The notes below the pieces were generated by a model. That model ran no database searches. It was given only the letters and a program-made list of their open reading frames with translations, and was not told the origin of the DNA. From the human T2T-CHM13v2.0 reference genome, Homo sapiens, in NCBI RefSeq assembly GCF_009914755.1, contig NC_060925.1: DNA of 64,000 bases; one strand, 5' to 3'. A program made the position numbers and the translations under genes. This document shows, piece by piece, positions 12,225 to 24,132 of the stretch. Positions within the stretch are counted from its first letter, which is position 1, and each line of letters opens with the position of its first letter.

Positions 12225-12984
12225 TTTTTTAAAATTTTATTATTATTATACTTTAAGTTTTAGGGTACATGTGCACAATGTGCAGGTTTGTTACATATGT
12301 ATACATGTGCCATGTTGGTGTGCTGCACCCAGTAACTCGTCATTTAGCATTAGGTATATCTCCCAATGCTATCCCTCCCCCTTCCCCCCACCCCACAACA
12401 GTCTCCAGTGTGTGATGTTCCCCTTCCTGTGTCCATGTGTTCTCATTGTTCAATTCCCACCTATGAGTGAGAACATGCGGTGTTTGGTTTTTTGTCCTTG
12501 TGATAGTTTGCTGAGAATGATGGTTTCCAGTTTCATCCATGTCCCTACGAAGGACATTAACTCATCATTTTTTATGGCTGCATAGTATTCCATGGTTTAT
12601 ATGTGCCACATTTTCTTAATCCAGTCTATCATTGTTGGACATTTGGGTTGGTTCCAAGTCTTTGCTATTGTGAATAGTGCCGCAATAAACATACGTGTGC
12701 ATGTGTCTTTATAGCAGCATGATTTATAATCCTTTGGGTATATACCCAGTAATGGGATGGCTGGGTCAAATGGTATTTCTAGTTCTAGATCCCTGAGGAA
12801 TTGCCACACTGACTTCCACAATGGTTGAACTAGTTTACAGTCCCACCAACAGTGTAAAAGTGTTCCTATTTCTCCACATCCTCTCCAGCACCTGTTGTTT
12901 CCTGACTTTTTAATGATCGCCATTCTAACTGGTGTGAGATGGTATCTCATTGTGGTTTTGATGTGCATTTCTCTGATGGCCAGT
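12225..12984 (-). mobile_element. Young 5'-truncated L1PA (PA3-5-like) 3' end
   Basis: 'ttattatactttaagttttagggtacatgtgcacaatgtgcagg'; ORF 12597..13019(-) is the ORF2 C-terminal domain ([27 protein letters not shown]). Confidence 0.97.
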
Positions 12985-13655
12985 AACTGCGTTTCTTGAT
13001 ATTTACCCAAAGCAGTCACAAATTTATGTTCACAAAACCCAGCACATACGTGTTTACAGAGGCTTTATTTATAATTGCCCAAACCTGGAAGCAACCAAGA
13101 TGTCCTTTAGTAGGTGAATGGATAAATATACTGTGATTCATCTAAACAGTGGAATATTATTCAGCACTAAAAGAAATCAACTATCCAGCCACAAAATGAC
13201 ATGAAGGAACCTTAAATGCATAATACTAGGTAAAAGAATCCAAACTGAGAAGACTGCATACTGTATGATTCTAACTAAATGACATCCCTGAAAAGACAAA
13301 AGTATAGTGACAATGAAAATATCAGTGGTTTCCAGGGGATGGGGAAGGAATGAGTAGCAAAATACAGAGGATTCTCGGGGCAGTGAAAATACTCTGCAAA
13401 ATACTGTAATGGTGGATACATGTCATTATACATTTTCCCAAACCCACTGAATCTACAAAACCAAGAGTGAACCGTAATGTAAAATGGATTTGGGGTGATT
13501 ATGATGCATGTGTAAATGTAGGTTCATCAATTATAATAAATGTACCATTCTGGGGGTAATGGTGATAATGGGGGAAGCAATGCATGTTTAGAAGAAGGGA
13601 GAATATGGGAAATCTCTACACCTTCCTCCAAGACTGCTCTAAAAAAAGAAAGAAA
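12985..13655 (+). mobile_element. L1MC-type 3' end
   Basis: 'aaacctggaagcaaccaagatgtcc...ccaagagtgaaccgtaatgtaaa...aaatctctaca'. Confidence 0.8.
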
Positions 13656-13813
13656 AAAGAACAACCGTGGAGGAGTTAAAAGGATGATTAGCAAATGGAA
13701 AAATGTAGTCATATATGTTAAGTGGGGGTAAAGTACTAAAGTATTATTAAAACTGAGATGACAGCCATGTTAAAAAATATATATGTGGGGAAATTTTGGC
13801 AATAGAAACAACA

Positions 13814-13818
<5 letters not shown>

Positions 13819-13861
<43 letters not shown>
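13819..13861 (+). repeat. (CA)n microsatellite
   Basis: About 21 CA units. Confidence 0.98.
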
Positions 13862-13864
<3 letters not shown>

Positions 13865-14759
13865 CACACCCAAATGTACCCTAGCTAATATTCAATAGTA
13901 GTTGAAAAACAAAACAATTAAAACAAAAATCTCACTAAAGGGAGAAAAGGTAAGGAAACTTCAGGTAAACACCATATGTTGGTCATCTTCTGCATCCTCT
14001 GGATAGGATAATAAAGTATATTATGGGAAAAGAGACATCCATGGGAAATAGTTTATCAGATCCCTTTCTTGGCATTAGAATACATCCTTGGCAGGAAATC
14101 TTGACTCCCTGCTCCAGGTTTTTCTCTAGCACACCATTTTCTATAGGTCCCTTCTTAATAGGGCACTAGGAATAATTTTAAGCATGTATTTATGTGTCTG
14201 AATTGCCATAGTAATTCAGTTATTGGTGGTGGCGGTATCCATTGTACTTTGTTTTAGTTTTAGCCTAGATGACACTTTCAGTCAGATGAATCAGTCATAA
14301 GCCACTACTCTCTAAGCTTGGGATTTTTACTGATGTTTCAACCCTCTTGAAATCTCCCCATTCACTTTAGAAACTCCATTTAATTTATTAAAAGCCACTT
14401 CTAGGGATCTCTGCCTCTCAAGCCATCCTTCCCAAATTCTGTTTACCAAGCTAATTTGTTTGCTTATTTTGAGGATCAAGCCCACTTTCATGGGATTAAT
14501 CTTTGCTATTTGGGATCTGTTCATCCACATTACATGTTGTTCTGTGCTTAATGGCCCTTGTCTCAGGGCAGGGATGAAGGAAAATGGATTGGGAAGAAAC
14601 AGATTGAGCTTTTTTTTTTTTTTTGCCTAATTTGGTTTTATCATATCACCAGTCACTGCACTGAAAATTCCAAAACTAGAAGTAGAATAAGGCGGTAGAA
14701 GATTATTGCCTATCCACGATTTTCTCTTCCTGCAGGAAGGGCAAATTGGATAGAAGGGG

Positions 14760-15500
14760 AAGATAAGTTTAATTTTGCTGCTTCGAATTTGAGCCTGTCA
14801 GCAAATTTCCAAGAGAAAATGTTCTGAAGATAGTTTGAAATAAGAAACTATAGTAGATGTAGGAGATTTGGATTGCAGAAGTTTTGGAATCTACTTTCAG
14901 CAGTTTTACAGTTGAAATCCTGAGTGCACTTAACTTCGGTGAGGAAGTAAATCAATGGTGAGAAAGAGTTTTGGAGAATCAAATAGGGTAAGTAAGCTAG
15001 CATGTATTGTATATACTAAAATGCAATGAAATACTGGTTTTGATTTTATGATAATAGCTATTCTTATTAAAAGGAGGAAGAGGATACAGAAATGGATAAC
15101 TTATAGGGAAGGAGGAGAATAATGAAAGTTTAAAAGTCAAGGGAGGATACTAGAGACTTCCAATACTGTCTCTCGTATTGAAAGTGCCAGAAAGGTCAGT
15201 GTCACTGACTGACAGAAATTCATGAGATTTGGTAAATGAGAGAGTCATCAGTGATGATGTTAGGGGTAAGAGTAAGAGTACATGAAATTACAATGAGAAT
15301 TAAGGCCAGCAATGGGGCATTTGTTTAGATTGTTGGCATAAAAACAGAGGGTGCTATGGACTGGTAAGTAGAAAGGACATTAAAATGAAGTGAAAAAGTA
15401 CTATCAATCAGGAGACATGAATATATTTCAGGACGGAAAGGCAGCGGGGAGAAGGGGGGTGCATCTTGTAGTGAGGAAAAGATTGAACTGTTCTAGGGTA
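14760..15500. mobile_element. Highly degraded L2 body
   Basis: Purine-rich L2-like motifs ('ggagatttggattgcagaagttttggaatc', 'gagagtcatcagtga'). Confidence 0.45.
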
Positions 15501-17284
15501 GTGATGGTGGGAGGTAATCTTACAAAGAAAGTAGGAAGCAGGGTGGGGGTTCTCTCAAGAATTGCCTTCATCTGAACTCAGACAGAGATGGTGTGGATCC
15601 TGCCATACCACACAAGAGTTTGTTCTCTTTCCACTCTTACTAGGTGATAGATATTCTCTATCTATTTCATAGATTTTGTTTTCTTTCAACATCAATTGAA
15701 ACTTTCCAGCATGCTTTGGCATTGTATTTATATTCTATTTGCCTACACATCTCACAATATGGCTTACTTATGCTATACCACATAGAATTGTGTCATAGGC
15801 ACAGAAGAAGGGTGAAGCAACTGTGAACCTGATGCCCAGTAATGCAAGTGTTTGCAGGAATTGAATGACTACTCTTACTCAATACTCAAATATATAAATA
15901 TAACAACAATTCTTTTCATAACTATCCAGAACATCTTCATGATGAATTACTTCAGAATTATGAGTGGGTACAAGAAAAAACATATTTTATTCTTTTTAAT
16001 GTAAGCGGTTTAAAAACAAGATTATTTTTCTGAATTGCATTATCATGTGAAGTTTTTTTTTGTTTGTATATGGCTTTTTTTGGCTCAGATTCAATAGACT
16101 TCACAAAATCAACTTCAAATTCTGTTATTGCCCTCCCTCACTCACTTCCTAGTGTCAAAATATGTGCAAAGGCTGAGATTTAGGTTTAAAAACATGGATA
16201 TGCAGTTGAAATATCTATGGAAATTATCAGAGGAGAGTGTATTTTCATAACCCTTTCTGATTTTTGCATACAGTGTGGACATAGGGGATTTAAAGTTGGT
16301 GCGAGTACCTTTTCAATTATAATTAGAACTGAACAAAAACAACAGTCAATAGATTTTTTTTTCTCCTTGGGGCTATAAGAAGTCTGCAACAGGAATTACA
16401 TTTTGGGACAGCAGTGCAAGGAGGTTATTTAGGAAAAAGATAATTAATTATAGCCATTATGATGATTTGATCTGAGCAAAAGAAAAACTTTTAAATAAAC
16501 TTCTTATTTAATCCACCTGAATCCAGTCTTCTTTAGTGCAAGCCCCAAAGGGATATTTTCATGTGGTTTATGTTATTCTCTCGTGTTTGTTACTTCACAA
16601 CTTTGTGTTATTTACGTCAGTGCCAATGACCAGAAGGAATTTGTTCGCTCCATTCTTTCTCACACTCTGGATTGATTCACACATATAGAGGCAGCATGTA
16701 GAAAAGGTTTCAATAATTTCAGACAGGTCATGGATTGAAGAAACATATAGAGTGTTAATTGAAAATACCAGATTGTATGCCGTTTTCTTCTTAATTTCCT
16801 AGTTTAAAAGCTGGCTGGATTTTTCCTTTTTGTCACATAATATATGTCTACTCTTTTTTTACATTAGCTTTGGGTTGTTGAATGGTTGAAACATCATATT
16901 GAAATTTGTTTTAAGCCAAATTATTATAAAGCATTTGATTGTGTGTTTTATGTGTCTACCACTTCTTTTTTCCAGATTGTTTAGTTTGAAAAGATAAATT
17001 CAAGTTCACCTGGATGTAAGATAATTCTGGAGTAACATAGCTAACAGAATGCCATAGTCTGTTTCAAAAATATTTTGTTGTACAGTTTCATGAGGAAATA
17101 TGTCTGTAATTTTTCATTTTATAGAACTATGACCTATATTTCTCAAAGATAGCATCGGAAAACATAATGCTTCTTGATCAAATGGCTGTCATATTCATGG
17201 ACCTGATAAATAATCCTGAATATGAGTGTGTATAGGGTAACTTTAAAAATATCTATGTACAAAGCTATAAATTTGAATTTAAAA

Positions 17285-20200
17285 AAATTATCTATTTTGT
17301 TAACACATAATAGTACATACTTGTACATAATTGCACATATGTATGATGTTTCCATACATGTACATATTGTGCAAAAATCAAAGGTATTTAGCATATCCAT
17401 CACCTCATACATTTATCCTTTCTTTGTGCTGAGAACATTCAAATTCCCTCTTCTAGTTATTTCGAAATATGCAATACAACATTGTTAACCATGGTCACCA
17501 TACTGTGCAATAGAACACCAGAACTTATTCCTCCTACCTAACTATAACTTTTGTATCTGTTGACCAATTTTTCCCTATGCTCTTTTTCCTCCTTCCCTCC
17601 CAGCCTCTGTTAACTGCTATTCTATTCTCTACATCAGTGAGATCAATTTCTTTAGATTTCACATTTTCATGAGATCATGCCGTATTTGTCTTTCTGTGCC
17701 TGACATATTTCATTTAACATGATTTTCTCCAGGTTCATTCATATTGCTGCAAATGACAGGGTTTCTTACTTTTTTATGGCTGAATAGTATTACATTACTT
17801 TTATATGTCATATTTTTGGCCATCCATCTGTTGATGGACACAGGTTGATTCTATATCTTGGTTATTGTGAATAGCAAGCAGTGTAATAAACATAGCAGTG
17901 CAGATATTTCTTCAACATACTTATTTAAATTCCTTTGGTTATATGCCTAGTAATGGGATTATTGGATCACAAGATAGCTCTACTTTTAATTTTTTTGAGG
18001 AATCTGCATACTCTTTTCCGTAATGGCTATAGTAATTGACATTCCCAACCAAAGTGTATGAGTTCCCTTTCTCCACATCCACACTAGCATTTGTTATTTT
18101 TTTTTATAATAGCTCTTCTATTCAGAATGAAGTGATATCTCATTGAGGTTTCGATTTGCATTTTCCTGATGATTAATGATGCTGAGGATTTTTACAATAT
18201 ATCTGTTGATCATCTTATCAACAGATATGTTTTCTTTGGAGAAATGTATATTGAGGTTTTTTGCTCATTTTAAAATTGGATAATTTAGTGTTTTTGTTGT
18301 TGAGTTGTCTGAGTTTCTTATATATTGTGGATATTAACCCCTTGTCAGGTGCATAGTTTGCAAATATTTTCTTCCATTCTGTGTGCTGTCTTTTCACTCT
18401 TTGATTATTTCCTTTGCTGTGCATAAGATTTTTAGTTTGATGCAATCACATTTTTCAGTTTTCTTCTGTTGACTGTGCTTTTGGGGTCTTATCCAAAACA
18501 TTTTTGCCCAGATCAATGTCTTGAAGCATTTCCCCTATGTTTTCTTCTAGTAGTTTTATTGTTTTGGGTCTCACATTTCCAGCTTTTTGAGTTGATTTTT
18601 GTATTTGGTGAGAGATAAGGATCTAGTTTCATTCTTCTGCATATGGATATCCAGTTTTCCCAGCACTAATTATTGAAGAGACTGTTCTTTCTCCATTGTG
18701 TATTCTTGGCAACTTTCTCAAAAATCAGTAGGCTGTAAATGAATGAATTTATTTCTGTGTTCTCTATTCTGTGTTATTTTTCTATGTATCCATTTTTATG
18801 CTGGTACCATGCTGTTTTGGTTACTATAGCTTTGTAGCATATTTTGAAATCAGTGTAATGCTTTCATCTTTGTTCATTTTTCTCAAGATTGCTTTGGCTT
18901 TTTGAGGTCTTTTGTGATTCCATACACATTTTAGGATAGTTTTTTCTATTTCTGTGAAGAATGTCATTGATATTGTGATAAGAATTGCTTTGAATCTTCA
19001 GAGTGCTTTGGGTAGAAGGGTCATTTTAACCGTATTAATTCTTCCAATATATGAGCATGGAATATTTTTCCATTTATTTTTATCTTCTTGAGATTATTTA
19101 ATCAATGTTTTATAGTTTTCAGTGTAGAAATATTTCACTTATAGGGTAAATTTATGCCTAAGTATTTTATTTTTTGTAGCTATTGTAAATGGGGTTATTT
19201 TCTTAATTTCATTTTCAAATAGTTAACTATTAGTGTATAGAAACACTACTGATTTTTATATGTTGACTATTTTCTGCAACGTTTTGAATGTATTAGTTCT
19301 AAGTTTTTAGTGGAGTCTCTAGGGTTTCTATATATAAGATCATGTCATTTGCAAACAATTTAACTTCTCCCTTTCCAATTTGGATGTCTTTTATTTTTTT
19401 CTTTTGCCTAATTGCTCTGAGTAGGACTTTCAGTACTATCCTGAATAGAAGTGGTGAAAGTGGACATCCTTCTCTTATTCACAATTTAATAATGAGGAGG
19501 TTATTAGAGGTTTCAGCATTTCCCCATTCAATATGATACTAGGTTTGAGTTTGTCATGGATTGTCTTTATTGTGTTGAGGTACATTTCTTCTATAATTTA
19601 TTGAGAATTTTTATCATGAAGTCATGTTGAATTTTATCAAATTCTTGTGCATCTATTGAAATGATTATATGGTTTTTGTTTTTGGTTCTGTTAATGCGAT
19701 GTATCATATTTATTGATTTGCATATGTTGAACCATTCATCCCTGGGATGAATCCCACTTGATCCTGGTGAATGATCTTTTTAATGTGTTGTCGAATTTGG
19801 TTTGTTTATATTTTCTTGGGGATGTTTGCATCTATGTTCAGCAGGAATGTTGGCTTGTAGTTTTCTTTTGTTATTGTGTCCTTGTCTGATTTTGGTATCA
19901 GGGTAATACTGGATTTGTTGAATAAATTTGGAAATATTTCCTCTTCTTTAATTTTCTGGAATAATTTGAGTAGAGCTGATCATTGGGTTGGTGCAAAAGT
20001 AATTGCTGTGTTTGCCATTAAAAGTAATGCAAAAAACCCCAATTACTTTTGTACCAACCTAATATTCTTTCTTCTGTTAATGTTTGGTAGAATTCAGCAG
20101 TGAAGCCATCAGGTCCTGGGCTTTTATTTGATTGGAGAGTTTTTATTACTGATTCCATCCTGTTGCTTGTTATTGTCTGTTCAGATTTTCTCTTTTTTCA

Positions 20201-20765
20201 TGATTCAGTTTTGTAGGTTGTATGAACCCATGAATTCACCCATTCCTTCTAGATTAATCAATTTGTTGGTATGTAATTGTCTCTTATGCTACTTTGTATT
20301 TCTGTGTTACCATTTGTAATATCTCCTTTTTCATCTCTGATTTTACTTGAGTCTTTTTTTCTTACTCTGACTAAAGGTTTGTTAATTTTGCTTATCTTTT
20401 CAAAAAATCATCTCTCTGTTTCACTGATCTTTTGTATTTTTATACTCTATTTTATTTATTTCTGTTTTGATCTTTATTATTTTCTTTTTTCTATAATTTT
20501 TAGGTTTAGTTTATTCTTTCTTGTCTAGTTCCTTGAGGTGCAATGTTAGGTTGTTTAAGATCTTTTTTTTTTTTTATGTAAGTCTTTATTGCCATAAACT
20601 TCACTTTTAAAACTGCTTTTGCTGTATCCTATAGGCTTGGCAAGTTATAGTTCCATTTTCATTTGTCTCAAGAAATTTTTTAATTTTACTTTTAATTTCT
20701 TTATTCACCCAGTGGTTGTTTAGGAGCATGTTGTTTAATTTCCATGTATTTGTAAAATTTTCAAA
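17285..20765 (-). mobile_element. L1MA-type element, ~3.5 kb, 3' UTR to ORF2 endonuclease region, 5'-truncated
   Basis: Antisense 3' UTR 'tactgtgcaatagaacaccagaacttattcctcc'; ORF2 remnants in ORFs 18218..18445 and 20607..20861 ([22 protein letters not shown]). Confidence 0.93.
19983..20062. mobile_element. MADE1 (Hsmar1-derived MITE) inserted in L1
   Basis: 80-bp near-palindrome ttgggttggtgcaaaagtaattgc...caattacttttgtaccaacctaa, followed by TA. Confidence 0.95.
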
Positions 20766-21409
20766 GTCCAAGGCTCTTAGTAGGTATATTACATATTTCT
20801 CAGAAAGCAAAAAATTTAATAAACTTGGTGATATAAGGTATAAAATACACAGTTTACTCATTTTTTATCTTCTGAAAGTGAATAATTGAAACAGCTACAT
20901 ATTCAATGCTACTTGAATTAAATTGAACCCCTAGGGAACTTAGGTGCTTGCACCTGAAAAATCTATTTGCATTCTAGTTTGTAATACTGTAGTCATTTCA
21001 ACTAACTAGGGATTACTAGTTCTTAGAAGCCTGATAGAGTCCTCTAATCTCCCCAGTCATTTGTCTCATTCAGGGTAGTGGACTTCTAGAAACAATGTTC
21101 TTCCGTAATCTCTTCTGGCAATACAAGTACACAGAGAAGTATCCCCTCTCTCCTCTCTCTTTGTTCCTTCCCTCTACTTCCTCCTCTTCGCTGGATCTCT
21201 CCCTGTTCTTTGTTAGTACTGGTGGAAATAGTTCTACTTTCTCATTTCCCTTTTTGTATCTACTTTAGATCTAAGTCTCTATAGAACTTTCTTTAGGGGA
21301 AAGGGAGCCACAAGGGTGACCTCGTTTCCCACTTATGCAACCTACCTTCTTAAGGATTTCTCATGTGGCTGCCATTTTATTTATTTTCGAAATGAAAACA
21401 GCTTTACGT

Positions 21410-21955
21410 TTTGTTTTTATTATTAAAATAATACATACTCATGAAAAACACATAATGCGAATTAGAAAAAGTAAAATTTGCAAAACAAAATACAATACAA
21501 ATAAAAATAAAAAAATAAAATGTAAATTACCCAAGGATAATTACGGTTAACATTTTTATAAAAATCCTTAAAAAGAATGTAAACCAATAACGTAATCCCT
21601 TTTCTGTAGGACTGTGTGCCTGCACATACATATCTCTAGGCATGTGCAGACACACATATCTATAGAACAGGGATTATGTTATTGGGTTACTTGCTTTTTC
21701 CACTTGACAGTATGTTACAGACATCTTTCTTTATCAGTAAATGTCACTCCACATAATTGCTTTAGATTTCACTTAGTATTCAAGAGTACTGATGTACTAT
21801 AATTTGTTTAACTGAGAAAGATTAAGATTTTTTTCAATTTTCTCCTATTATAGACAATGCTGCAGACATATCCGTGCATAGATATCTCTGCATACATGTG
21901 TTACCATCTCCACAAAATACATTTCTACAAAGGGGATTGTTGTACATAGGGTGTA
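21410..21955 (-). mobile_element. Ancient L1ME 3' remnant
   Basis: 'ttgctttttccacttgacagtatgtt...tattatagacaatgctgcagacatatccgtgcata'. Confidence 0.55.
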
Positions 21956-22782
21956 TTTTAGGATCACATTCAGTTTGTCTGTATGAGAAAAATATAAGTA
22001 ACAATAGTTTATCTGAGTACATTATTTGCTTGTCTTTCATAACAAAGTCTGGAAGATGAAGTTCAGGCTTGGAGCAAGTATCTGAAGAACCAGGTTCATT
22101 TTTCTCTTCTTGTTCCACCGTTTTAACATAGAACTTTTTTCTTGCAGTTACAAAAATGCTGCCTTACCTCTGTGCATTGCATTCTCATTTTAAACAGGAA
22201 AATATTGGGAGGCAGTGACAAGGAGGAAAGGGAAGGATTTCTGTCTATATCGGGAAAACAAAATTCACAGAATCTCCCGTGGATTTCTGTGTATGCTTCG
22301 TTGACCAAAATAGTCTCACAAGACAAACTCTAACAGCAATGGAGACTGGCGCATATATATATATAAATTATTAATATTATATTATTATTCATATATTAAT
22401 AATATGTATTTATATATTATATAACATGTATAAATATATATTTATATATTAATAATATATATTATATATAACATATAAATATATTATATATTAATATATG
22501 CATATATTATATATAACACATATAAAATATTGCATATTAATATATTATATATAACATATAAATATATTATATATTAGTATATATTTATATATTATATGTA
22601 ACATATATAAATTTATTATATATCAATAATATATATTTATATATTATATATAACATATAATATATATATACACACACAAAGTCTGGGCACATTGCCATTG
22701 AAAACATTGCCACTGAGAGAACATTTTGGGTTCTGTTAGTTTGGAGGATGGATATGGACAGGTAGTTAGCAGCATCTGTTAC
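21955..22782 (-). mobile_element. MLT1 (J-like) LTR split by an AT-rich repeat
   Basis: 'acaaagtctggaag...ctctaacagcaatggagactgg' [AT tract] 'gtctgggcacattgcc...gcagcatctgttaca'. Confidence 0.6.
22353..22670. repeat. AT-rich degenerate minisatellite / low-complexity tract
   Basis: About 6 recurrences of 'tatattatatataacatataaat' spaced ~38-50 bp. Confidence 0.9.
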
Positions 22783-23983
22783 AAAGGCTCTGTGTGTTAA
22801 ACATTTCCAACACAATACTCAACTATCATCAACTCTCGAAAAACTGTTTCAATTTACCCCTCCCAGGCATTAGAGTGTGCTTCTGCTATGTCTGAAAGTA
22901 TAGGAGTAGGAAAAGAGTTCTCAAGTGACTTTTGTTCTTGAACTTTCATGGGAGGAAATGTTTGCCACTTGGAGAGGATGATCACTGGTCACCAGACATG
23001 AGGGTAGGTCAGTTTTTACATTGTGTAAAATTTTTCTCTTCAAAGTTTTGGTTATTTATACTAGAAACAATGGCACTGTGTTCTCTTGCTTCTAATCATC
23101 AGCATCTTTAGTGCAGGCTCAAGTGGAAACCTAAAATGAGCTGAAGCAGGATCAGGGTGGTATGAGCTGCCAAAAACAGGACTTTCTGGGGATATTGGTA
23201 AGAAGTTGATGATGAGGAAAGATATGTGGTAACATTTGAAAAAGTGTTCTAGGGATCAATAAGGTTGCCCTTCTCACCAATGCTAGTCACTGTATTTAGG
23301 ATTGCATTTCTTTCCAACCATTAAAGAAGCTTACACTTAACTTTTGATTTATTTATATAATCATTTCTGTTTTGCATATAAAAGAATAAATGTGCATCAG
23401 AGAAACTATAAAAATTGTAACCACTTTAACATTTTGGTAAATTTTTTTTGTATGTATAAAAACTTATCTGTGCACATACACATATAAACAAATGCAGAAT
23501 CACATTGTATATTTAATTTGGTATCTTACATTTTATACTTCAAATTATTATAATAAGAATTTCCCCCAATTCTTATAATTATACTCTAAAAACATGATTT
23601 TAATGATTATATGTTATTAGTTTGATATTTCATTATTCTCATATTGTTTGATTTTAGTTTTTTCCCCTAATTTTTCTACATTATTTAAATTTTAATATTA
23701 AGCATCCTTAAATTATAAAAGCTATTAAGTATATTAATTATTGGGTCAAAAGATAGAAAACATTTTGAAGCTCTATGTGGATACCTTCATAAAATGGTAC
23801 AGATACATAAATGTTGCCAAATCTTTCAGAAACTTTGTGCCAATTTACTTTTTTGCTAGTAATGCAGGTACCTCTCTTTTTGCACTTTTGCACCCAAATA
23901 TATCAATTTTAAACCTTGCTAAATTTGGTGTCATTATTTTTCAAATTATAAATTCTGTTTGTTACCATTGAGTAGAAGTTTTT

Positions 23984-24080
23984 TCATTGTTCAACTCCCA
24001 CTTATGAGTGAGAACATGCAGTGTTTGGTTTTCTATTCTTGTGTTAGTTTGCTGAGAATGTTGGTTTCCAGCTTCATCCA
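23984..24080 (-). mobile_element. Orphan ~97-bp L1PA 3' fragment
   Basis: Near copy of 24404-24500 (4 differences). Confidence 0.9.
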
Positions 24081-24132
24081 TTTGCTTATTGTGTGAGGTT
24101 TAAATGACATATCTAAATTGGGACACTTTTTT

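Noticed and set aside
22353-22670. Periodic repeat as a CRISPR-like array
   Set aside because: Low-complexity AT units without unique spacers, in a mammalian context.
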